DNA from: a virus
Taxonomy: Duplodnaviria; Caudoviricetes
Length of the DNA: 64,000 nucleotides
IMG/VR virus record: IMGVR_UViG_3300019742_000001
Direction: 5' to 3' (one strand)
The notes under the pieces are model-generated. The model searched no databases. It was not told where the DNA came from and worked only from the letters and a program-made list of their open reading frames with translations. The position numbers and the translations under genes were made by a program. Numbering within the stretch: position 1 is the stretch's first letter; each line of letters opens with the position of its first letter. Positions 30,350-41,617 of this stretch are shown here, piece after piece.

Positions 30350-31149
30350 ATCAAAAAACTTTAAATAGACGGTGTTGGCGACAAGGGATTGGTCTTCATT
30401 CAGGAAGAGAAGTCTCTGTTGAATTAATCCCTCGTCGAATTAATGAAGGAATTAACTTTTTGGTTAATGGTGAAATTATACCCTTTAATGCTGACAATAT
30501 AACAAACACAGAATTATCTACTACAGTTGGTGGTCAAGTGTCAACCGTAGAACATTTAATGTCCGCTCTTTATATATGTGGTGTCACTAATCTTATTATC
30601 AAGGTTGATGGTGATGAAATTCCTGTGCTTGATGGTAGTGCAATTGAATGGGCGAATCTCATTCGTTCTGTTGGAGTGGTTAGTCAGAATGATGTGGTGG
30701 ACCAAATCCGTGTAGCAAGAACTCTTGAGGTTACTGATGGTGACTCTTATATAAGAATCGTTCCTAATAACAAATTAGTGATTAACTTTTCTGTTGATTT
30801 CAAACAACCTATCGGTATCCAACAACACACTCTTTTAAATGAAGAAGATTTCTTTACTGATATTGCCCCCGCCAGAACATTCGGTTTCCTTGAAGATTTC
30901 TCATACCTAAAAGAAAGAGGTTTGGGTTTGGGTGTGTCGTTAAACAATGTTGTTGGATTCACCAAATATCAAGTGATGAATAAAGAAGGTCTTAGATTTG
31001 ACAATGAACCTGTTCGACACAAGATCTTGGACCTCATTGGGGATTTCAGTGCATTAGGTCGTCCGTTGATAGGATATGTTGAGGCTTATAAATCTGGTCA
31101 CAAATTAAACCATTTGATGGTGAAAGAGATATTAGACAATGAAATTTAA
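30346..31149 (+). CDS. lpxC: UDP-3-O-acyl-GlcNAc deacetylase LpxC
   Basis: GIGLHSG, VSTVEHLMSAL, EIPVLDGSA, APARTFGF, LRF.NEPVRHKILDLIGD, KSGHKLN. Confidence 0.95.
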   Translation: MNQKTLNRRCWRQGIGLHSGREVSVELIPRRINEGINFLVNGEIIPFNADNITNTELSTTVGGQVSTVEHLMSALYICGVTNLIIKVDGDEIPVLDGSAIEWANLIRSVGVVSQNDVVDQIRVARTLEVTDGDSYIRIVPNNKLVINFSVDFKQPIGIQQHTLLNEEDFFTDIAPARTFGFLEDFSYLKERGLGLGVSLNNVVGFTKYQVMNKEGLRFDNEPVRHKILDLIGDFSALGRPLIGYVEAYKSGHKLNHLMVKEILDNEI

Positions 31150-31360
31150 AAAAGGTGATATCATTGTATGTATCGACAGTGGAAAATTCTCTGATCGGAT
31201 CACCAACAACAAAGAATATGTTGTATCAAAGTATATGGAACGTATGGATCTTGTTATCGTTGAAATGGATGATATTGGTAATAAAGAAGTAGGTTGGTTT
31301 GATAAAAGGTTTCGACACAAACTACCACAAATACTTGATGAGAGTTTGTTTACATTATGA
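31139..31360 (+). CDS. MKFKKGD-family small protein with DxLF tail
   Basis: Ends ILDESLFTL. Confidence 0.65.
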   Translation: MKFKKGDIIVCIDSGKFSDRITNNKEYVVSKYMERMDLVIVEMDDIGNKEVGWFDKRFRHKLPQILDESLFTL

Positions 31361-31596
31361 AATTTAAAAAAGGTGATATCATTATATGTACAGAACCACA
31401 CAGTAACTTTTTGACAGTCGGTGACCTGTATACAATAATTAGGGTGGAAATAACTGATTATTGGGGTGATGGTGACGATGTTGAAAGACATGTCATAGTG
31501 TTAGACGATAATGGAAATGAATCTGGTTGGTATTTTGATCGATTTGAACTCTATGTCAAACCATATAATTTAGATGAGGATTTATTTGTGATATGA
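31357..31596 (+). CDS. MKFKKGD-family paralog with DxLF tail
   Basis: DDNGNESGWYFDRFELYVKP, ends LDEDLFVI. Confidence 0.65.
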   Translation: MKFKKGDIIICTEPHSNFLTVGDLYTIIRVEITDYWGDGDDVERHVIVLDDNGNESGWYFDRFELYVKPYNLDEDLFVI

Positions 31597-31841
31597 AATT
31601 TAAAGAGGGTGATATTGTTATCTGTCTCAATGAATTCAGTATCAATGGAATCAGTAACATTGTGACAAAAGGAAACTTGTATACAGTACTTCGGGTTGAA
31701 TTGACCGTATATCAAAACGGTGTTAATGAATACTCTATTTTTGTGATAGATGATCGTGGTAATGAAACTGGTTGGATGTTTGATCGATTTGAACTCTATG
31801 TAAAACCAAACAACTTTGACGATGATTTGTTTGTATTATGA
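31593..31841 (+). CDS. MKFKEGD-family paralog with DxLF tail
   Basis: DDRGNETGWMFDRFELYVKP, ends FDDDLFVL. Confidence 0.65.
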   Translation: MKFKEGDIVICLNEFSINGISNIVTKGNLYTVLRVELTVYQNGVNEYSIFVIDDRGNETGWMFDRFELYVKPNNFDDDLFVL

Positions 31842-31898
31842 CCAGTATACGAATCATTGTCACCCTTTATCCACAGAATGACCAGTATACGAATCATT
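31838..31898. repeat. 21-bp direct repeat atgaccagtatacgaatcatt x2
   Basis: Copies at 31838-31858 and 31878-31898. Confidence 0.9.
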
Positions 31899-31951
31899 AT
31901 TGACCGTCTCGTTGAGCGTTAGACCATCTAACGACCATTATATTGCATATT

Positions 31952-31992
31952 AAAACCCCCATACAATAATTAAATTGTATGGGGGTTTTTTG
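31952..31992. terminator. Bidirectional terminator
   Basis: aaaacccccatacaat / attgtatgggggtttt between convergent genes. Confidence 0.85.
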
Positions 31993-33054
31993 TTACATGT
32001 TATTTAATTGTTCTTTGAACCAAATAACTGATACTCGGCTCACTAGAGGAAAGATCTGTTTGGGAACTAACCCTTGATTTCTCATTTCATCTGATTCTTC
32101 TTTGATGATATCACTGTTAACTTTCTTTAAGAACTTCCCTACATCTTCAATGTCTAATAGTTCTTGGTTCTTTTCTTCCTGAACTTCTTTATACATCTGT
32201 TCTAGTCGCCACGCTCTGCAGCAATACTCTGTCACAAAATCCTGTTTCTTCTGTTCTAATACATCATCAACAGGTTTTAGTGTTTTGACCTTACTTGAAC
32301 TATGTTTTCCCCCTTTCACTTTAAACTTGTATACTTCACCATTAAATTCAAATGTGTATACATATCCTTCTAATGTATTATTCTCCACACCAAATGTATT
32401 ACCAACAGGTGAATCGGATTCATTTTTTTCTAAGTTATTCAACATCTTATTGATACTTCTTTTTGGTTCATTAAAGTTAATCAATGTACTGACACTTGGA
32501 AAATTGGTGATGTTCCACATCTGATTTTCTTGACTGTCAATCCATGTACTGTTGTACTTTGTTTCTACCCATGTATTCACACTGTCTTCGGTGGGTTCAA
32601 TGTCATAAATCTTACAGTGACGGAAAATCATTAACTTTTTTCCTAATCCACTTACCGCAGATTTCTTTTGGATACTACCACCACACCACTCACCATAGAT
32701 AATGATACCTTTGGACTCTAAATCTACACTGTACTGGACACTAAGTGATTTAATCATATCAATCATCACTTCTTGAATTCCTTCACAGTAGAACGCAAAT
32801 CCATAGTGATCTTCTTCAACAGATAAAATACGTTTTTTACTCTGACACCAAAACCCATCCTTTTCATTAAAACTAAATCCTACATTAGTGCCGTGGATCT
32901 TCTCTGTTCCGATGCAACTGATAATAGGTAATGGGTCGGTTGAGTATTTGACTTTCCCTTTCTCATCAAGACCTGTGTATCTTGCCTTATGAGTTACATC
33001 TTTTACAATTTGTTGGAAACTTTTAATACTTCCATAATTGATTAATCGTTTCAT
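31993..33054 (-). CDS. RNA ligase, Rnl2-family
   Basis: TEKIHGTN (motif I), QSKKR, IYGEWCGGSIQK, EGYV, KFKVKG. Confidence 0.82.
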   Translation of the reverse strand: MKRLINYGSIKSFQQIVKDVTHKARYTGLDEKGKVKYSTDPLPIISCIGTEKIHGTNVGFSFNEKDGFWCQSKKRILSVEEDHYGFAFYCEGIQEVMIDMIKSLSVQYSVDLESKGIIIYGEWCGGSIQKKSAVSGLGKKLMIFRHCKIYDIEPTEDSVNTWVETKYNSTWIDSQENQMWNITNFPSVSTLINFNEPKRSINKMLNNLEKNESDSPVGNTFGVENNTLEGYVYTFEFNGEVYKFKVKGGKHSSSKVKTLKPVDDVLEQKKQDFVTEYCCRAWRLEQMYKEVQEEKNQELLDIEDVGKFLKKVNSDIIKEESDEMRNQGLVPKQIFPLVSRVSVIWFKEQLNNM

Positions 33055-33243
33055 TTATATCTCCTTATTAAAGTGTGTCACCAATCCGAGTTTTCTTGAT
33101 TTTACCACAAATTTCACACTTCTGAACAAAAATTATTGATTCTGGTGTATTCTTGTATTCACTTACAACCTTAATTCTTTCGATGATTTCATATTTACAC
33201 AAATGAGTGTCACCAAATATTAACCATTTAAGTAATCTTATCA

Positions 33244-33624
33244 TTAGTACCTCTTATTCCACATTTTAGTTGTATATTCTTTTGCACGTTCCACGAATTC
33301 CTCACCGTAACGATAATCAATAAAATCATCCGATATTCGTTCTTCAATAGTCATAATATCACTGATTTGAACACATGACTGTGCCATTCCACACTGTTCA
33401 CACACAATTTCATACTGTGTGCCGTCACCAGATGGGTATTCTGGAACGGTATTACAAAATGGACATCCCAATAACCCTGTTTTGTCTTCATTCTCGTACC
33501 CATGAGAATGTTTCATTGATAAATCGTAGATTGTTCTGATATTAATGAAATGGTCACCTTCATCCATCATTAATAACCGACAAGTATTCTTAATCATTGA
33601 CATATCTTTTCTGATTTCAGACAT
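33244..33624 (-). CDS. Zn-finger protein resembling the Lar restriction-alleviation family
   Basis: LLGCPFC....YEIVCEQCG. Confidence 0.4.
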   Translation of the reverse strand: MSEIRKDMSMIKNTCRLLMMDEGDHFINIRTIYDLSMKHSHGYENEDKTGLLGCPFCNTVPEYPSGDGTQYEIVCEQCGMAQSCVQISDIMTIEERISDDFIDYRYGEEFVERAKEYTTKMWNKRY

Positions 33625-36600
33625 TATAATGCCACCTCTTTCTTTAATACTTCGGTTTCTACCAATTTATATGTCTTCTCATACATAACACAGGTAGTAC
33701 CATCATTTGAATACAATTTCATTGACTCAAAGTAATCTTCAACCTCATTTTTATCTGGTGATTTGATAAAATTTGTATACAAACCATCACTTTTCAAAAC
33801 ACCAGCCTCATATATTACAATTGTTTCCATTATTTCCCCTTTAATTTGAATGTAACATAACCCAAATTGTGATTGAAATATTTAATCACATCAGGGTGTA
33901 ATGTTGCCGCAATACAACTACCAGCAACCCGACATCTATACTGTTTTCGTGGATCTTTGATAGATAAATTAAAAAAATCACATTGACGACACTCTTCTTT
34001 TACTTTTAACGACAATATGACTTCTTTGAACCTACCATTCTCAAATCTACATAATGTTTCTTTTAATGTTTCCGTCACCATATACAAACCAAACGAATTG
34101 TTACATAAATAACCGCACAGATGCCTACAATGATGGCTACTTCTTTCCTTGCATCATCAAGACCACGATAATATGACTCTCTCACTTCTTTCTCTTGAGG
34201 TGTTTTACATGTATGAATATCCAAATCTCTTAATATTCTCTCAAAACTAGGCATTTTATTCCTTTCGTTGTTTATTTTTCCAATATCAAGAGTATATTCC
34301 TTTTTCTTGTGTGTTGTCAACAAAAAGACCCCCAAACATACCTCATTTGGGGGTTAAAAACCGATTCACTACTATTTTTGTTTATTTGGATTCTAATTCT
34401 TTTACTTTTCGTAGATTTGACAACACAGACTTGTATACTGCCGCATGTGCAAGTGTCCATTCAAACATTTCATCCTCATCGTCACCACTTAATTGAAGAT
34501 TTGCCTGCATTTTGGAGTATTCTCGACACTTAGACTCCAACCATGACTCAAAGCTATCCCTATCAACAACTTCTGCCTGTAACATAAATGGATTTTTGGT
34601 AAGACCATCCATCATTTGATCAACAGACATCATCCCAGCATCTTTCATTTGTTCATCAATTGATTTCTTAGGGATTTGACAAGATTTACGAAGAACTTCC
34701 CACTCTTCTCTTGTAATACTGGAACGAGATACATCAATTGTGTTTCCAGAGGTGAACTTTAGTTCCATACTCTCTATAACATCATTTATTTCCATTAGTT
34801 TTTGCCTTCTCTAATATAGATTTGACGATTAACATACATTTCTCACAAGTAACAGTGTCAGTTGTAGTTTCAATGTACAATAATTGGGTTTGTTCAGTGT
34901 AAAACTCTACACCACACAAACAATGAGACAATCTGTTCAATGGATGTTCATAATGTACCACATTTTCGTGGGTTTTACTGTGCAATTTGACTTTTCTCAT
35001 CAACAATTACCCCCAAATTTAACATTAACTGTTTTTACTTTCTTAAATCCATTCTTTTTCAGTTCTTTGATGTATTTCTCAACATCTTCTGTTTTATTGG
35101 TGTTTTCACATCTATCAAATGGAGGAATCGGACCTTCTCCACACCAAATAGAGTCAGTTTGTTGTATATCAAAGTCACCATACACCATAATCTCTACAAA
35201 TACCATTATATAAGTTCCTTAATTACTATTCGCAAGACCTTTTTAAGATCTCTTAGTGTATCAACATCATCCAAATATGCCAATAAATCCTCTTTTGCGA
35301 TTTGTCGTTGAGCATCTTTTAATGAACAGTGGTGTTTTTGTATGTATACCATTATCCGTTCTTGTTTTGATGGTAGTTTTGATTCAATTTTTGACATTAA
35401 ACAGCCTCAAATTTCGTCTCAAACTCGGACATCTCTAGGATACCAAAAACAATATCTTCATCTTGACCAGCATCAACAAGACATGCCTCTTCGATTGTTG
35501 TACATCCCTCATAATGATCCAAATCTACATCATATTCAACTGTAATTGTCAATCTAATTCTTCCGTCTGCCATTTTATTTCTCCTATTCAATACCCATTA
35601 TTTTAAGTTGTTCTTCAACATAAGATTCCAACATTTTCAGGTTATCTTTGCCTGTTACTTCATCATTAACATCTAATTTACCAAGAACGATTAAGATACC
35701 GTGAATAACCAATTCAGATCGTAACAGAACATCCAATTTATCATACTCTGAACTTTCTGTGTATCCACCACTCATCTTAGTTATGATTTGACTTATAATT
35801 TCTTTTGTGTTTTCTGACATATTATCCTCTCAATTCATTTACTAATTTTTCCAACCAATTGACATAAGTCTCACCATCAACACGATTTTTAAGATACTCA
35901 TCTGATAATGAATTACTCTCGACAAGTTCTAATCCAATATCGATATCATCGTGATCTAAATACAAAGATGAAATCTCTTCTGTCTCTGTATAAACCTCAA
36001 AATATTTTAATGTAGGGTTATGGTCTGAATCATACCAGTTCGGTAATGCAGTAGAATGGTTATGATCAATATATTTTGTACCATCTAATACAACCTCATA
36101 ACACTCACCATCATCACGGGCAAATGATACCTCAACGATCATACCTTTGTCACCAAAAATACCATCCTCATAGATACCTTTTTTCGTTTTACATAATATC
36201 TTGTTACCACCTTCTAATAAACTATGTAATTCATTTCCTGTCATTTGATTTCCTTTTCTTGTAGATAGTCAAAAACCACTTTTGCAAATCGTTCTGGATC
36301 TATAAGTTCTGAATTTAAAAAACTGTTAATAATCTTTCCTGTGTATGCCTCTCGGTAATGATACCCATATTGTGATAAAAAATCTTGTTTGTATTTACTG
36401 GCAAATAATCGTTCCTTGAGTTTACCAAATCCTTTCCATGTATAAAAATCGTTGTGGAACATAAAGTTCACTACATCCTCAGATGTTTCAAGCTCTAATT
36501 CTTCACCACAATCTTTACATTTCCACAGACTAACCTTTCTAGCCTTAAACTCACACCATGTTTCACTGCCTTTAATTGGTTCAAATGTATGCCAACACTC

Positions 36601-36642
36601 ACCAAGAACCTTTGTTAATCCTTTATTGATTACTTCTTGCAT
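33624..36642 (-). other. Run of about 11 short hypothetical ORFs on the minus strand
   Basis: Abutting or overlapping ORFs (33624, 33830, 34075, 34382, 34782, 35000, 35206, 35397, 35584, 35822, 36241) with SDs and a hairpin at 34322-34360. Confidence 0.55.
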
Positions 36643-36777
36643 ATCATTCTCTCCCTTGTTTTAAATGTAATTAAACAATACACCAATTATACCTCACTGT
36701 CACTAAAAAACGATCCACTTTCTTATTGACTATCTATCCATAATATCGTATCCTCTCCTTACATTACTATAACTCTA

Positions 36778-36996
36778 TTGAAAGGATTACCATATATGTT
36801 ATCAAATGAAACTGTTCGTGCTCTTGCTACTGCTCTCCGTTACTATGTACTATATGAAAGATCTAATCCAGAAGTCGGTATGGGTCCATCATTACCATGT
36901 CAAACCTCTGATATTCTTATTACTTCACAAATTGATGACACTAACGAAAATCGAACTCAAGTCATGACGGCTTATAATGAAAGATGGTCACGATGA
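36778..36996 (+). CDS. Hypothetical protein
   Basis: First ORF after the divergent promoter region. Confidence 0.4.
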   Translation: MKGLPYMLSNETVRALATALRYYVLYERSNPEVGMGPSLPCQTSDILITSQIDDTNENRTQVMTAYNERWSR

Positions 36997-37250
36997 ACAA
37001 ATTTAAAGTAGGGGATATCGTAAAAGTTAAACAGAATCTTACTGAGGTTGAGGGCAAATTTGGTGTCATTGACCGTATGAGAGAAATGTCTGGAAATACA
37101 TTTACTATATCTGAAGTGGTTGAACATTTTAACCCTCCAAGTAAATGCTCATATTCTTTAGATGGAGTGTCAAATCTTGGTTGGTACGATGAGTGGTTAG
37201 AACTATATGTTGAACCTGTCAAACTACCAGAGGATCTTTTTATATTATGA
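36993..37250 (+). CDS. KOW/SH3-like small protein with DxLF tail
   Basis: MNKFKVGDIVKVK, ends EPVKLPEDLFIL. Confidence 0.65.
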   Translation: MNKFKVGDIVKVKQNLTEVEGKFGVIDRMREMSGNTFTISEVVEHFNPPSKCSYSLDGVSNLGWYDEWLELYVEPVKLPEDLFIL

Positions 37251-37501
37251 ACAACTTTAAAGTAGGGGATAAAGTTTGTGTCAAGACAGATTATACAAAT
37301 GAATATATGAATCCTAATAGTAGCCAATATAATAAAGAAAATAGTTTTCTGACTCATCACGGTCAACACCCATTCTATACCATATCTAGTATATCTGATT
37401 GTGGTAATTTTATTAGATTCAATGACTATGATAATGGATGGTCTAAAATCGTTTTTGAGTTATATAAAGAAACTTTTGATGAGGAGCTTTTTCATGTATA
37501 A
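37247..37501 (+). CDS. KOW/SH3-like small protein with DxLF tail
   Basis: MNNFKVGDKV, ends TFDEELFHV. Confidence 0.65.
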   Translation: MNNFKVGDKVCVKTDYTNEYMNPNSSQYNKENSFLTHHGQHPFYTISSISDCGNFIRFNDYDNGWSKIVFELYKETFDEELFHV

Positions 37502-37787
37502 AGTCGGTGATAAAATTAAAATTAAATCTTATAAAGAAATACATTCTCTATTGGAATTCGATAGTGACGGTGACGGTTTTACTAATACCATTCATTTTAA
37601 TGAAGAAAGAATGAAGAATGCCTGTGGTAAGACATTAACAATCATTAAAATAAGACCTTCTCCTGATGACCCTAATATTATATTATATGTTGCTCCAGTA
37701 AATGGTGATGAGTGGTGTTGGATTAAAGAATGGATCGAACCTTTTATCGAACCTGTTAAACTACCAGAGGATTTATTCATATTATGA
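37494..37787 (+). CDS. KOW/SH3-like small protein with DxLF tail
   Basis: MYKVGDKIKIK, ends EPVKLPEDLFIL (same tail as 36993). Confidence 0.65.
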   Translation: MYKVGDKIKIKSYKEIHSLLEFDSDGDGFTNTIHFNEERMKNACGKTLTIIKIRPSPDDPNIILYVAPVNGDEWCWIKEWIEPFIEPVKLPEDLFIL

Positions 37788-38008
37788 TATTCAAAAAAGG
37801 GGATGTAGTTGTGATTGACGAAAATACCAAATATGGTTTTTATAAAATGAAACTTAATCATCTTGTGGGTAAACCTCCGTATACCATATACAGTATATCA
37901 GAGAATGACCGTATCAAATTCTCTAAATTCGGTGACTCTTATCCTAATGACATGTTTGTATCATGCACTCAACCGATTCAACTTGATGATGACCTTTTTC
38001 AAATTTGA
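37784..38008 (+). CDS. KOW/SH3-like small protein with DxLF tail
   Basis: MIFKKGDVV, ends QLDDDLFQI. Confidence 0.65.
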   Translation: MIFKKGDVVVIDENTKYGFYKMKLNHLVGKPPYTIYSISENDRIKFSKFGDSYPNDMFVSCTQPIQLDDDLFQI

Positions 38009-38599
38009 CCATTAATACCTCTAAGGTTTCAACGTTTCCGGATACATATAAAAATACCCCTATAACTCATTCTATAGGGGTATCTCTCTCTATCTTTCTA
38101 ATATCATCTGTTTCTCTACTTCCGATTCTCGTTCATAATACTTTATCATATATGTTAATTCGGCATCTGTCTTTGAATAATCCCCTTCATCCAAATCCTT
38201 CTCTTTCTTTCTCAATATACTTATCTCTGAATCCAGTATAATGTCTCCTGCGCCCAGTTCTCTCAATCTATCAATCCGTTTCTTACGATTCTCTATATTT
38301 TCTTCACACTCTTGTTTTGTCGGTTTAGGAACTTCTGTAAATTCCTCTCCCATTAATTCTTTCCGACGTAACATTGCCTTCTCTCCTTGTTCTCTATACT
38401 CTTCCATATAGGCTTTCTCATCTTCATTAAACCGTTCAATGTCTTCTTGTAAATCTCGTGATGTAAATAACATTTCTTCTCTCCTTTAGGGTTATATTCA
38501 ATATCACTATCATACCACATATACCTCTAAGATTCCAACGTTTCCGGATATTCTCTCGTTTGACCATTTATACCCTAAAGGTTTCAACGTTTCCGGATA
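38004..38599. repeat. Three copies of a ~30-40 bp repeat (…ctaaggtttcaacgtttccggata)
   Basis: 38004-38044, 38521-38550, 38559-38599. Confidence 0.9.
38090..38473 (-). CDS. Highly charged coiled-coil protein
   Basis: E/K/R-rich, GGAGAG SD. Confidence 0.6.
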   Translation of the reverse strand: MLFTSRDLQEDIERFNEDEKAYMEEYREQGEKAMLRRKELMGEEFTEVPKPTKQECEENIENRKKRIDRLRELGAGDIILDSEISILRKKEKDLDEGDYSKTDAELTYMIKYYERESEVEKQMILER

Positions 38600-41500
38600 T
38601 ACCACATATGGTCTTTACGTCCCCGGATTATTAACATATTTCTATTTTTTTCTTCTTTCCTGTGTGTCGGTAAGATAACATACCTTTCTACCCTCCGTTA
38701 CCCTTTATCTCCCTTTTCAACCCCCCATACCCTCTCTATTCCTCTATAACTCCTATTCCTCTATAAATCCTATACTCTTTTACCCTCTATTCCCCCTATA
38801 TATCCTATACCTTATGTGGTATTCAAGGGATTTTGACCTTCATATCAATATACCTTCCGTTACTCAGTGTATAAGTTACTCAATTAGTTATATTTCACTC
38901 TTTTTACATCAATTCTGACAGGTTTTGTTCAAAAAAATTCTGTACACTAAAAATTCAGTCGGGTCTTTTTTTATCCCAAAAAGTTTTTCAAGTCAACTTT
39001 GTCAGGTTTGATTCTTAAAAATTACATAAGCAATGCACTATAGTTAAGGTATCCATTTAATTAAAAACTTTTTACACGGTTGACTTTTCACCTCACAGAA
39101 TCCTAATGTATATACTCTAATGAACACACACTAACTAATCTTCTCTCTCTAATCTTCTAATGTTTCTTTATTAATGCAATTATAATACTAATAGGCCATA
39201 ATAACATATTACTAATGAATACAATACTAATCATTAGAATTCCACAATTATTCGGGTAAACTCTGGTCTGCATAACTGAACAAAATATTCCCCATAATAT
39301 ACCAATAATAATATATACTACCATATCTGTTAATCTCCTTTTATATTTTCTAATTATATTTATCTTGTAGTGAATATGACTATATGGTATAATGGACTTG
39401 ACGACACAAAACTATATTCTAATGATAATATTTTTAATTATTAATTCTAATCTTAGTGTACAAATGACTCTCTACCATATGTGATGTCAAGTAAAAACTT
39501 ATCAACATATATGAAATGAGATATGTCTATAGTTAATTACCACATAAGGGGTGATGTAAGTATCTGTATTGATTAGGCATTATAATGAGTTAATGTAGTC
39601 AAAGTTTACATAATATACATTATACGACTTAAAATTTTCTAATTGTGGATAAGTTTTTGCTTGACATTTGGAATAATACACATATGGTATAACAGTTTTA
39701 TGTCGTCAATTCCATTATACCATATGACCCCATTATACACAAGATATAATTTAATACCATATGTGGTTACTGTAATAACGGTTACCCACGAACACATTCA
39801 GTCATCCATTCCTTTATATAATCTTCATCTGTTTTGTAATCTGACACATCAAGGAATATTGGATAACAATCACTTGGTGCATTATCATTTATACTATCTA
39901 ATACTACCATATCAAGTATATTTCCTCTACACTCTAATGTGAATTGCCTACCGTCTATTGATTTCTTTACTTTCATTACTTTATCCTTATGATACCCTAC
40001 AAACATTCTTACATATTTCTTATATAACTCATTATCATATAAGGTAGTCATATTAGATGTTTCCTGATCTACAACACTTATTACACTATTTTCATTAATT
40101 GGGGTAGTCACATTAGATGTTCCTTGATCTACAACACTTATTACACCATTTCTTAGTTTTTCACGATAACATACACCACATCTTGATCCTTTTCTCCAAT
40201 TATTATACAAAGTTTCAAAGATATGACCATTTGGACATCTCAACTTTAACTTCGTTCGTGCATTCCTATACCCTTCTATCAGTTCATACCCTTCCACTCT
40301 TATTATGTCTGATATTTCTCTTGACTTCTCTTCATTAATAGGTTTAGTGGTGGGTTCTTTTCTCACATATGGTATTGAGTCTGATTGTTGTTTCACTACC
40401 ACATAACCGCTCTTCCCACCTGTAGTCATATTATATCCATTGGGGTAGAGTGTACCTTTTAGTTCAATATAATATGATTCTAATACTTCCGCTTCTTCCT
40501 CTGTTATACCACTGACTAATATTTTCCATTCAAAATCATCCCAATTTTCACTTAGTGCTTGGGATATGGGTGTGGTAGTAGAGTTAATACTACTCCTATG
40601 GGAATTTTTTCTCTGTTCAAAGTTATTACACATTCCCACATAACCCTTACCATTAATGGTATTTGTTGCCTTGTATACTTGATATTTCATATTTATCCTC
40701 CTGTAATAAAGTGTTATACATTAGTATTTATACATTTATTACATTTATTACATTTATTACACCTGATTATTATACTATATGTGATATGGTGTTGTAAATC
40801 AGTATTTATGTGATATGACTACCCTACCATATGTGATATACCCTTGTCAATCATTAGAATTGTCTATATTAGTGACATTTTCCTTGATTTTAGGTGTAAC
40901 TTGTGAGTTGGGTACTACATTCATCACATTTGTCATCGTAAATTAGAAGTTTTTTATTAATTAACCCTCTTTTTTCTCCTCAATTTTCATTTGTCAACTT
41001 TATCCGGAATTTTTCATTAAAAGGGTGCAAGTTGTCTAAGGTCATTATGCACATTAAGAAGATAGACACAAAAACCTATTGGTATCAAAGGGATTACAAA
41101 TTTATCATTAAAATATCAATAAAAAAGGTATTGGTATCAAAGGAATAAAAGGTATCAGCAAAAATTTTCAAAAGGGTTAAAATAGAGAAATGAAGTGAAT
41201 CCAATGAGTTATGTGGTATTACTACCTATGTAAAAGGTGTATATTTGTGTCAATTATTCCCTAAAATATCAATGATAAAAAGATCAATCATATCAATCAG
41301 TTAGAAGGGATCAAATAGTATAGGAGAAGTGAGAGGAATAGGAGATGAATAGGGTAATGATACTAAGTAGTTATAGAGGTATACTCTTTTTGTGTGTTCT
41401 ACCCCTATGATATCCACCTTACCTGTGTATAATCTAGTGTAATATGTGTGTTCCTACCCTATAATATATGTAAACTAATTAAATAACGTGTGATAATGAT

Positions 41501-41610
41501 GATTTATTAATGAGAAATATGTTAGAGGTTGATATAGATTAAATGAAGAGAAAAGTTGTTTTATGTTAATTTTTGAGAACAGTTGATATGTATGTTGTTA
41601 TATTGTTTAA
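38480..41610. other. Large AT-rich, mostly non-coding region and candidate replication origin
   Basis: No credible ORF except the GIY-YIG. Repeated ACCATATGTG, pyrimidine-rich left and purine-rich right flanks, and an IHF-like site at 41291-41303. Confidence 0.45.
39782..40690 (-). mobile_element. GIY-YIG (Seg-like) homing endonuclease with Zn-ribbon DNA-binding module
   Basis: YQVYKATNTINGKGYVG...R...H...LESYYI...PNGYNMTTGG and CPNGH...RCGVC, with TATAAATA at 40725. Confidence 0.85.
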
Positions 41611-41617
41611 TCATTGT

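Noticed and set aside
39643-40813. Plus-strand ORFs 39643..39942, 40117..40338, 40559..40813
   Set aside because: They are antisense to or overlap the GIY-YIG gene, with composition typical of non-coding AT-rich DNA and no SD.
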